IMG/VR virus record: IMGVR_UViG_3300005573_000060
Location: 65,698 to 129,697 of that record
DNA: 64,000 nt
Strand: one strand, 5' to 3'
DNA from: a virus
Shown here: piece after piece, positions 17,089 through 25,269 of the stretch
How positions within the stretch are numbered: the first letter of the stretch is position 1
How the letters are laid out: each line of letters starts with the position of its first letter
Program-made: the position numbers and the translations under genes
Notes under the pieces: generated by a model
Databases searched by the model: none
What the model saw: the letters and a program-made list of their open reading frames with translations, nothing else
Told to the model about the DNA's origin: nothing

Positions 17089-17201
17089 TTAATGATTAAT
17101 AGTAAACCTTTTCTTTATCTATTCAAGTGTACTTAAAGACACATCGTTAATATTAGTGCCATTTCAGGCAACCCTCTTATAAGTATCAAGTTTTTTTTCA
17201 T
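17089..17201 (-). pseudogene. Internally deleted remnant of an AAA_33/polynucleotide-kinase-like gene
   Basis: MKKNLILIRGLP (start of a P-loop kinase lacking GSGKS) joined out of frame to NGTNINDVSLSTLE*IKKRFTINH. Confidence 0.45.
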
Positions 17202-17280
17202 AGATCATTTTTTTAGAATTTTAATGTAAATATAATAAATTTTTTTGACACTAAAAAATTTTTAAGAATAAATTTTACAA

Positions 17281-17440
17281 AAATATTTCAGTAAAGAATT
17301 CTCGCTCAAGAGAGATTTTTCAATAATTCAAGAAATTCGCCCCCGAGTGTCTCGAGTCTCCTGAGAGTCCAGATATTCTAAGCTAAGCTCTAGATATAAA
17401 TCTAGATCTATACCTTCCGGGGGGCTTAGGTACTAATTAT
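17281..17440. other. GC-rich palindromic patch at the strand switch (candidate origin or packaging-related site)
   Basis: tctagat-ataa-atctaga hairpin, ctaagc/gcttag IR, ctcgag, agatct, G6 run; non-coding between divergent arms. Confidence 0.35.
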
Positions 17441-17471
17441 ATGGTTACTTTCGAAAAAGTTTCACTTTATA

Positions 17472-17488
17472 TGTTAAAGTTTTGTTAA
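17472..17488 (+). promoter_or_regulatory. TGTTAA-N5-TGTTAA direct-repeat box
   Basis: tgttaaagttttgttaa upstream of TATATTTATA at 17537-17546. Confidence 0.65.
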
Positions 17489-17553
17489 AATTTTTTTAAG
17501 AATAAATAAAAAAATTTTCTATTCAAGAAAATTTATTATATTTATATACTTTT

Positions 17554-17709
17554 ATGAATATAAACTTTAAAATATTGCAACATAAAAACAGAAAATCCGC
17601 AAAAGAATCTGGGTTTTATGACGGAAGGTTTAGAACACGAAGAGTTACGAGCAAAAAGCATAAAATTTATCTAAAGTTGAGAAAAAATAAAAACATTAAA
17701 ATAGAATAA
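17554..17709 (+). CDS. Small basic protein (51 aa)
   Basis: Not in track: MNINFKILQHKNRKSAKESGFYDGRFRTRRVTSKKHKIYLKLRKNKNIKIE; first gene of the plus arm, after a promoter-like box. Confidence 0.55.
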   Translation: MNINFKILQHKNRKSAKESGFYDGRFRTRRVTSKKHKIYLKLRKNKNIKIE

Positions 17710-17825
17710 TGTTTCAGTAGTTATGCGTTATATTGATATATCTGAAATATAGTAAAGTATTCTACGTTATTTAAAATAGTAACGTATGTTCTCTCTTTAC
17801 AAAAATAAATAAAATAAAAGCTATT

Positions 17826-18050
17826 ATGATTACTAAAGTTGAAAAATTCTTTAAAAACCTTATAGAAAAGAATGGTCTCATAAAAATCATTATTTCTTAT
17901 ATATTGTTAGTTGTTTCTATTGTATTATCTATAAAAACTGAAGGAACTGTTAGTGATATATTTAATATTGTATCTTTAATTTCTTTTGGATATTTGTTGT
18001 TAACTACATTAGTAATGTTGATATTTGCAATAAAAAATATGATAAAATGA
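17826..18050 (+). CDS. Membrane protein
   Basis: Two TM segments; ATGA overlap with next gene. Confidence 0.6.
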   Translation: MITKVEKFFKNLIEKNGLIKIIISYILLVVSIVLSIKTEGTVSDIFNIVSLISFGYLLLTTLVMLIFAIKNMIK

Positions 18051-18415
18051 CCTCTTTATTTATAATTATACTAGTTGGCATCTTAGATGCTATGATTGAT
18101 ACTTTATCTTTTCATTTTAGTAAATCTATTTTTTATAGATGGAAAGACAATAAGTGGGTTAATCCAGCTTTAAGTTGGAAAAATAAATGGAAAGATGAAA
18201 GCGCTACAAAAGAAAAGTTTTTTGGATCTAGTACTATATTTGTGTTTGTAACAGATCTTTGGCATTTATTGAAATTTATAATGATTGTATTGATATGCTT
18301 TTCTATTGTATTTTATACTCCTATTATAAATTGGGAGATAGATGCATTAATAGTATATTGTACTTATACAATAATAAAAGAACTATTTTTTAAAAAAATT
18401 TTATCTAAAATATGA
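18047..18415 (+). CDS. Membrane protein
   Basis: Hydrophobic segments, W-rich loop (W.NP..SWKNKW), TDLWH. Confidence 0.65.
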   Translation: MTSLFIIILVGILDAMIDTLSFHFSKSIFYRWKDNKWVNPALSWKNKWKDESATKEKFFGSSTIFVFVTDLWHLLKFIMIVLICFSIVFYTPIINWEIDALIVYCTYTIIKELFFKKILSKI

Positions 18416-18759
18416 AAAACTTTATTTTATGCTTGTTATTTTTATTAACAATGGCTTCCTGTAATAAACATATTATGGTAAATGTTTATGAGAGAAACTT
18501 TTATGATAAAGATGCAGCTGTATCAAATGTTTATTATAAGTTGCACGAATATGAAATGGATTCGATACCTCTTGATTTATGGATGAGAAACTATGTAGAA
18601 TATGATACTTTAAAGATAGAACAAAGAATGATAAGAAAAACTGTAAATAAAAATAGTATGTATGGTTTTGTTTTCTCTTCATTCTTGTATCCTTCAGTTA
18701 AATACTATAACTTTAAGATAATGTTTTCTGGAAATAAAAAAGATTACATAAAATATTAA
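18412..18759 (+). CDS. Lipoprotein
   Basis: Lipobox LLTMASC. Confidence 0.65.
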   Translation: MKNFILCLLFLLTMASCNKHIMVNVYERNFYDKDAAVSNVYYKLHEYEMDSIPLDLWMRNYVEYDTLKIEQRMIRKTVNKNSMYGFVFSSFLYPSVKYYNFKIMFSGNKKDYIKY

Positions 18760-18810
18760 TTTTTAATAACTTAATGAAAAAAATGCTCTAGGGCATAAAT
18801 TTTTTCTTAG

Positions 18811-18837
18811 AAACGAGTACATTGTATTCGTTTTTTT
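18811..18837 (+). terminator. Intrinsic terminator
   Basis: aaacgagtac-att-gtattcgttttttt. Confidence 0.65.
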
Positions 18838-18869
18838 ATTATATTTACATTAAAATTTAAACAAAATAT

Positions 18870-20033
18870 ATGAACTATTTAATAACATATGAAGACGCTT
18901 TAAGAATAGTAAATGAGTATCATAACTTTAATTTTTATAAAATTGAGTTCAATCTATATGATTATAAAGTAGTTACATTCAACTATTTTATGTGTGAACC
19001 TGAGATGTTTAAAACTCCTTTAAAAGATTCTCCTGAAATCGATGCATACGATATGAGAGGCGTTACTTTTGTTTTCAATAAAGATGGGTCTCTTTTCAAA
19101 AGATTTTTAGCGCTTCGTAAGTTTTTTAATATTAATCAAACAGAAATTACACAGTATTATAAAATTAAGAATAAAAAGATAAAGCACGTTACTGAAAAGT
19201 TTGATGGTTCACTTATAGCATTTATGCGACTTCCCGATGGAAGAATATTCGCAAAAACTATAGGGTCTTTTATGAATGACCAAATCATAAATTCTATGAA
19301 AATTTATAATGATGATACTCGTATTCAAGAATTTGTGAAAAAATCTTTAAGTGAAGGATATACTCCTCTCTTTGAATATGTATCATTTGATAACCGTATT
19401 GTTCTATATTATCCTCAAAGACAACTTGTTTTCATAGGTTTAAGAAACAATGTTGACGGAACTTTTATTTCTGCCTCAGAATTAGAATCATATGAAATTC
19501 CAAAAGTTAATGCTTTAAATAATGTAACTTTAGATGATCTCTTAGAGAAAGCAAAGACTAAAAAAGATATTGAAGGTTGGGTTGTAGAATTTGAAGATGG
19601 ACAGATGGTTAAGATTAAAACTGATTGGTATCTTAATCTTCGTGGAGTTAGAACGGTTAGCATATTTCGTGAAGACTATATTATAAAAAATTATTTAGAA
19701 GAGACTTTGGATAATGTAACTCAAAGTTTTGATATGGAGAAAGATTCTAATGTCTTTTCATTTATTGATATAGTAAAGAACTCTGTTAATAATTGGTCAA
19801 ATTACATAGATAAAAATGTTGATAGATTAGTATCTGAGTATTCTAAATATGAAAATGATTGGCCAAAGTTTGCAACAAATTATCATAAAGATCCTTTCTT
19901 TTCATTGGCAAAAGTTAAGATATTTGAAGACAAAAATGAATATAGACGTAAAAAAGTTGAGTACATGTTAAAATGCACTAATAGGTTAAATAGAGCAAAG
20001 GATATAGTTGAAGAATTTAAAGCTGAAAAATGA
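18870..20033 (+). CDS. rnlA: T4 RNA ligase 1-like RNA ligase
   Basis: Motif I EKFDGSL, TPLFEY...NRIVL.Y, EGWVV, VKIKT..Y. Confidence 0.88.
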   Translation: MNYLITYEDALRIVNEYHNFNFYKIEFNLYDYKVVTFNYFMCEPEMFKTPLKDSPEIDAYDMRGVTFVFNKDGSLFKRFLALRKFFNINQTEITQYYKIKNKKIKHVTEKFDGSLIAFMRLPDGRIFAKTIGSFMNDQIINSMKIYNDDTRIQEFVKKSLSEGYTPLFEYVSFDNRIVLYYPQRQLVFIGLRNNVDGTFISASELESYEIPKVNALNNVTLDDLLEKAKTKKDIEGWVVEFEDGQMVKIKTDWYLNLRGVRTVSIFREDYIIKNYLEETLDNVTQSFDMEKDSNVFSFIDIVKNSVNNWSNYIDKNVDRLVSEYSKYENDWPKFATNYHKDPFFSLAKVKIFEDKNEYRRKKVEYMLKCTNRLNRAKDIVEEFKAEK

Positions 20034-20103
20034 TAAAAGAAGAAATTAAAAAGCTTACTGTAGATGGTTCATTTGAAGATTTTAAAATGAAATCGTAACT
20101 GTT

Positions 20104-20868
20104 ATGTTATTGACTAATTCACAGATGAAAGTTTTATTTCAATGTGTTGGAGGCGGGCCAATTGATAAAGCCAAAATTGTAGTTTTTGGAAATGAGCTTG
20201 GAACTGCAGAAGGCGGAGGAAATACAGAAGCTACAATTAAAAAATTTATAGCAGATTGGACATCTTATGAAACGTTAAAAGTTGGAGAAGGTTTTGTGCC
20301 TCTTCATATTGGAAATTTGCCAGTAAACAGTATATTTTTACAGTGCATTAGTAGAATGGCATTAGCTATAAGATATAAAGATAATAGATTTTTTGATCAA
20401 TTGTCACTTCAAGGGAAACTATTCTTAAATAAGTATATATTAGAAGAATTGTATCGAACAGAAACAGCAGTTATCAACTTAAAGCCTTTGCCTCAAAGCA
20501 CTGAAAGACATTGGGACTATGAGAACATAGATGAAAGCAGATATAATAGTATGTTTAATTTTACTTTAAGAAATTCTCCAGATAGTCCATGGAAGCAATT
20601 AAGAGTTTCTATACTTAAAGAGGCTTTTAATATGGCAAAAAATGCATTAATTCTTGGAGCAGGAGATAAACATAATAAAAAGGCTTTTCTAGAAATGATA
20701 TTTCCTGATATAAGTTTTAAATCTGTGAATCTTTCTGATAAAATACAGATTTATGTTTCTAATAGTCCAAAAATAGTACTATCCAATTACTATAGCTCTT
20801 ACACAGGATTGGGTTTGGATGGATTAAAGCTTTTATATAATTATATGTCAGAAAATGGTATAGTATAA
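20104..20868 (+). CDS. Hypothetical protein, possibly uracil-DNA-glycosylase superfamily fold
   Basis: VGGGPIDKAKIVVFGNELG resembles UDG motif A; INLKPLP. Confidence 0.4.
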   Translation: MLLTNSQMKVLFQCVGGGPIDKAKIVVFGNELGTAEGGGNTEATIKKFIADWTSYETLKVGEGFVPLHIGNLPVNSIFLQCISRMALAIRYKDNRFFDQLSLQGKLFLNKYILEELYRTETAVINLKPLPQSTERHWDYENIDESRYNSMFNFTLRNSPDSPWKQLRVSILKEAFNMAKNALILGAGDKHNKKAFLEMIFPDISFKSVNLSDKIQIYVSNSPKIVLSNYYSSYTGLGLDGLKLLYNYMSENGIV

Positions 20869-20888
20869 AAATAACGTTATTTATTGAA

Positions 20889-20920
20889 GAGAGATACAGG
20901 ATCGTTCCTGTATCTCTTTT
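20889..20920 (+). terminator. Intrinsic terminator
   Basis: agagatacagga-tcgt-tcctgtatctct-ttttt. Confidence 0.85.
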
Positions 20921-20942
20921 TTTTGTTTATATTTTTAAAATA

Positions 20943-20950
20943 TATAAATA
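20943..20950 (+). promoter_or_regulatory. T4-type late promoter TATAAATA
   Basis: Also at 25172-25179, 42753-42760, 49773-49780 and 53844-53851, each just upstream of a structural gene. Confidence 0.65.
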
Positions 20951-20967
20951 AAAAAGAATGTCATTTC

Positions 20968-22620
20968 ATGCAATTTTCTAGTTTTTCTCGTACACAAAAA
21001 GACTATACTATAACACTATACAACAGCTTTCCAATTAAAAATGTTAAGACAATCAAATATTATAGCGATAATGCGGTTGGAACATTTTCAAAGAAAGAGT
21101 TTCGTTGGTCATTTGACTCTGAACACTGGTCAGATTGGGAAAGCTTAAATCAAAGCTCTATTATAAACATAGATACAACAAATAAATATTTTTTATATTT
21201 ACAAATTCAATATATTAAAGGTACTTCAGATTCAGATGTTTCTCAGTTCACATTAACATATGAAGAAGGGCCTAATATAAGTAATGCTCCTTCTCTTGTA
21301 TCTATACCTGTGCTGAATGCATCTACAGCGACACCAGTGAAAAGTGTAAAAGTATCTTCATCTTCATCAACTTCATCTTTTACACAATTCTCAAATTTTT
21401 TACGCGTAGAGGATGTTTCTACTATATTATTATATAATGAAGACCCACTAGAGAACGTTAGTAACATAAGATATTATAGTGAAAATTTATCAGGAAGCTT
21501 TTTAAAGAAGGAATTTAGATGGTCTTTCAATAATGAATATTGGTCAAATTGGGAAGATTTGTCTCAAAATGCAGTAACTAGAATAAACACTAAAGATAAA
21601 AATACTTTATATTTACAAATACGATATACTAAGAGTTCTAATGATTCAAAAGTTAATCAATTTACATTACATTATAGAACATCTGAAATGTTAATGACAA
21701 CAGTTTCAAGTGAATCAAAATCTACTAATATTATAGAACAAACTTCAAACGATGCATTAACATTAAATGGAAAAACTGGAGCCTATTATTTATCTAGAGC
21801 AAATCATACAGGTAGTCAACCAATAGGCACTATATCAGGCTTACAAACAAAATTAAGTAATATTGATACTTCAATAAACAATGTTTATTCTTACACAAAT
21901 TCTTCATTTATTACTTCATATACAAATCCAGGAAATAATAGAGTAATTACAAGCATAGATTCTAGTAGTATAAACGCTGAATCAAATTTATTGTTTGACG
22001 GATCAATCTTAAATGTAATTGGTGAAGCTTCTATTTCTAGAAATTTATATGTAAATGGTAATATAGGAATTGGAACGAATAACTTAACATCAAAACTAAC
22101 AATAGATGGTGATGCATCAATATCAGGAACTATTACTTCACCTTATATTGATGGTTCATTAAATGCTTTAAAAATTAAAGACTCTAATATTGATACATCA
22201 CTTAATACTTTATCAACAAAAATTCAAAATGTTGATGCCTCGATATCATCAATAATAAATAACACAGAAAGATACACTGGATTATCAATTGATGCCGGGC
22301 TTTCTGATATATCGACAGGTTCAAAGGGATATAAACAAATTGATTTTGATTGTGAGATAGCAGGCTGGACTTTATTGGCAGATACTTCAGGAAATATAGT
22401 AATAAATATTAGAAAGAGCACTTATAGTGAATGGCCATCTACGACTAGTATAACAGGAACAGAAAAGCCATCATTAGTAAGTCAAATAAAAAATAGTAGT
22501 GATGCGATTTCTACGTGGAATAAAATCTTAAATAAGGATGATATATTAGAATTTTATGTAGAAAGCTCAGATACAGTAAGAAAAGTTTGGTTTTTCTTAA
22601 AAATGAAGCCGAGATACTAA
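20968..22620 (+). CDS. Virion structural/fibre protein with two FxKKEFRWSF-WSxW domains
   Basis: Track start 20884 lies before a terminator and late promoter, so ATG 20968 is preferred. Contains YYLSRANHTGSQ fibre motif and modules shared with 29449-35994. Confidence 0.7.
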   Translation: MQFSSFSRTQKDYTITLYNSFPIKNVKTIKYYSDNAVGTFSKKEFRWSFDSEHWSDWESLNQSSIINIDTTNKYFLYLQIQYIKGTSDSDVSQFTLTYEEGPNISNAPSLVSIPVLNASTATPVKSVKVSSSSSTSSFTQFSNFLRVEDVSTILLYNEDPLENVSNIRYYSENLSGSFLKKEFRWSFNNEYWSNWEDLSQNAVTRINTKDKNTLYLQIRYTKSSNDSKVNQFTLHYRTSEMLMTTVSSESKSTNIIEQTSNDALTLNGKTGAYYLSRANHTGSQPIGTISGLQTKLSNIDTSINNVYSYTNSSFITSYTNPGNNRVITSIDSSSINAESNLLFDGSILNVIGEASISRNLYVNGNIGIGTNNLTSKLTIDGDASISGTITSPYIDGSLNALKIKDSNIDTSLNTLSTKIQNVDASISSIINNTERYTGLSIDAGLSDISTGSKGYKQIDFDCEIAGWTLLADTSGNIVINIRKSTYSEWPSTTSITGTEKPSLVSQIKNSSDAISTWNKILNKDDILEFYVESSDTVRKVWFFLKMKPRY

Positions 22621-22628
22621 AATAAGTT

Positions 22629-22895
22629 ATGCATATGTCAGATTTTAAATTCTTAAATAACAAAGAGTTGATTGTTCCGGTTCCTCCAGATGGATATGAG
22701 TATAAACTTGTACCTAAGGAAAAGAGTGAACGCGAGAAGTTAGAAGAGCAATTGGCTCAATTAGAGGATGAATTATCACAAATGATAGAGCCATCTAATG
22801 AAGAATTAATTAAAGTCGGTAAAATGTTTCATCCTTATTATTGGAAGTTAAATGAAAAACAAGAAGTTGAAAATCTATTAAAGGAGATGTTATAA
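22629..22895 (+). CDS. Hypothetical coiled-coil protein (possible fibre chaperone)
   Basis: EKLEEQLAQLEDELSQM heptads. Confidence 0.55.
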   Translation: MHMSDFKFLNNKELIVPVPPDGYEYKLVPKEKSEREKLEEQLAQLEDELSQMIEPSNEELIKVGKMFHPYYWKLNEKQEVENLLKEML

Positions 22896-22896
22896 T

Positions 22897-24273
22897 ATGT
22901 CAATAACTAAAAGTAGTGATATTATTACCGTTAAATTTGAGGTAGGAGATTCTAAAGGCAACTCTTACAACAATCCTTATACCTTTGAGGATATTTATCA
23001 GGCTGATGTTTCAAATGGATGGGGAGTTGTGACAAAAAGCGAAAATGCTTACTTTTTAAATTGTGGTGTTAAAATAGATGGTTCGTCAACATATTTCTGG
23101 GATTATGATAAAATCATAGTCTTTACAAAAAAAATTACAGCATATTTTTATTATTTACAATTAACAAATTCACCATATTTTCGTTCTGGTAAGACTGATG
23201 CGATTTATTGGAACAATAAAACAATGGTATGGACACAAACGGGAACATCAGAACCTGCCTTTGCCTTTTTTAGTATAAATGGTAAAATTGAATTATATCA
23301 CTCAAAATTTATTAAATTAAGAGTTAAAGATTTTGGAAACATATCATCATTTACGTCCGTAGTATATAATTGTGAAATTTATTTTCCTGATACTCTTGCG
23401 TATGGCATATATACAGACATCCAACATTTAAAATTTTTTTCAAGTTACTTTAATTTAAATTCAACGTCTATCAGGATTCAATATATAGATCTTTATTTGG
23501 CGACACTTTCCTGTAATCCTTTATCATCTTCGGGAGCTTATGCGAAGAACATAAGATTTTTTGATAATTCAACAGTAAAGTTTTATTTGCAGGGTGGGGA
23601 AGACGATAGGACTTTGGTATTATGTGATAGTAATGCACCACATGACATCATTGTTCAGTCTAATTCATATTGGGCAAGTACTCGTTGGCGGTACAAACTT
23701 AATTCAACATTTAACTTTAATATTAAAAATGGTAATGGAGCAACAATAACACTGAAAGATAAAGATAATAATAGTGTAATTAATCAAACACTTTCTGGGG
23801 AAACATATTCACAGGAGGTAACATATTTTGCAGCAAAATGTTGGCATATTTATGATGGGCAAACAGCTAATGCATATAAAGAATTATATGATTATCAGCC
23901 TTTTTCTCTTGTAATATCAAAATCAGGGTATCAAGATTTTATAATTGATAGTATTACAGTAACAGACGGAATACCTACTGAAATAAGAGGAGAACTTAAG
24001 GTAAATACACTTATTATTGATTCACTTTCCTTCACCCACCCCACACAGTCAAAAAATAACGGCACAATAACTGTTCAAGCTTCTGGTGGTGTAGCTCCAT
24101 ATCAATACAGCATTGATGACGGCGCAACATGGCAAGCAACAGGAGAGTTTATCGGATTGGTGGCAGGTGATTATATTGTTAAAATAAAAGATAGCGAAAA
24201 TTCAATAACAGAAAGCGTAACTGTAACTCTAATTGAACAAGTAGAAAAAAGAGAATACATTTCTATTTTTTAA
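22897..24273 (+). CDS. Virion/fibre protein with C-terminal SprB-type repeat
   Basis: THPTQSKNNGTITVQASGGVAPYQYSIDDG...GLVAGDYIVKIKD. Confidence 0.65.
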   Translation: MSITKSSDIITVKFEVGDSKGNSYNNPYTFEDIYQADVSNGWGVVTKSENAYFLNCGVKIDGSSTYFWDYDKIIVFTKKITAYFYYLQLTNSPYFRSGKTDAIYWNNKTMVWTQTGTSEPAFAFFSINGKIELYHSKFIKLRVKDFGNISSFTSVVYNCEIYFPDTLAYGIYTDIQHLKFFSSYFNLNSTSIRIQYIDLYLATLSCNPLSSSGAYAKNIRFFDNSTVKFYLQGGEDDRTLVLCDSNAPHDIIVQSNSYWASTRWRYKLNSTFNFNIKNGNGATITLKDKDNNSVINQTLSGETYSQEVTYFAAKCWHIYDGQTANAYKELYDYQPFSLVISKSGYQDFIIDSITVTDGIPTEIRGELKVNTLIIDSLSFTHPTQSKNNGTITVQASGGVAPYQYSIDDGATWQATGEFIGLVAGDYIVKIKDSENSITESVTVTLIEQVEKREYISIF

Positions 24274-24346
24274 TCTCTTCAAACTTTATCTATTTATTTT
24301 TTAAATACTTTTTTTACGAATAAATAATTTAAAAAGGTATGTTCAT

Positions 24347-25144
24347 ATGCAATATATTTTTGATGATAAACAGGTTTATGCCAAAACTATAGAATTTTCA
24401 AATTCTATTCCAATATTTAATATTGATAAAATAACTTCTTTTATTGAAAAGGGAGTTCTTGGCAAGTTCACAAAAAAAGAATTCAGATGGTCTTATGATA
24501 ATCAAAACTGGTCGTACTGGACAAATTTGACTCAATTGGCGCTTACATCTATAAATATACAAAGTAATCACTCTCTTTATTTGCATTTTAAGTATACTAA
24601 AGAAAGTGATGATTCAGATATATCACAAATTGTTATTAACTACAATGAAGCAGACGGATACGTTTCATCGTATCCATACACTACATCTCAATCTTATACA
24701 CAAAGAAATACAACTCAAGATTCAAAGAGTTATATAAATGCTTCACTGTTAAACGGTTATCCAGGAAAATATTATTTAACTAGATCAAATCATATAGGAT
24801 ATCAGCCAATGAGTTCTATAACAGGATTACAAACAAATTTAAGTAATATTGATACATCAATTAATAATTTAATGACTTATGTTAATACAAAAAGTAAATC
24901 TGTTCAAATGACTATTTTATCTAGTGGTTGGGATATTTCTACAAAATCTTATTTACTTGATACAACACTGGATATATCTATTTTAACGAATGATATACTT
25001 TTTGTTTCACCTCTTAAAAAGCAAGATTATTTAACATGGACAAATTTCGGTGTGTTCTGTGAAGATCAATCTATAAATACTCTTTATTTTCTATGCGACA
25101 ATGTTCCAAATAGTGATATTAAAATCAGAATAGTGAAAATTTAA
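24347..25144 (+). CDS. Structural protein with KKEFRWS-WSxW domain
   Basis: N-terminus paralogous to 25270; YYLTRSNHIGYQ motif. Confidence 0.7.
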   Translation: MQYIFDDKQVYAKTIEFSNSIPIFNIDKITSFIEKGVLGKFTKKEFRWSYDNQNWSYWTNLTQLALTSINIQSNHSLYLHFKYTKESDDSDISQIVINYNEADGYVSSYPYTTSQSYTQRNTTQDSKSYINASLLNGYPGKYYLTRSNHIGYQPMSSITGLQTNLSNIDTSINNLMTYVNTKSKSVQMTILSSGWDISTKSYLLDTTLDISILTNDILFVSPLKKQDYLTWTNFGVFCEDQSINTLYFLCDNVPNSDIKIRIVKI

Positions 25145-25269
25145 TAGTTCAAAAATTGAGCTATTTTAGTGTATAAATAAATAAAATAAAAAATGAAGTT
25201 TGATCAAATCTTCAACATTTTTATTTTTAATACACATAAAACATAATAGATAAAAATTAAGATGTTTTC

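Noticed and set aside
17752-17800. Imperfect hairpin (gtaaag/ctttac, tacgtta/taacgta)
   Set aside because: Short, AT-rich, single copy; not enough support for an ncRNA
20030-20098. 22-aa ORF after the RNA ligase
   Set aside because: Too short, with no recognisable motif
20884-20967. N-terminal extension of the first structural gene given by the ORF track (TTG start)
   Set aside because: Overlaps a strong terminator and the TATAAATA promoter; ATG at 20968 is more plausible
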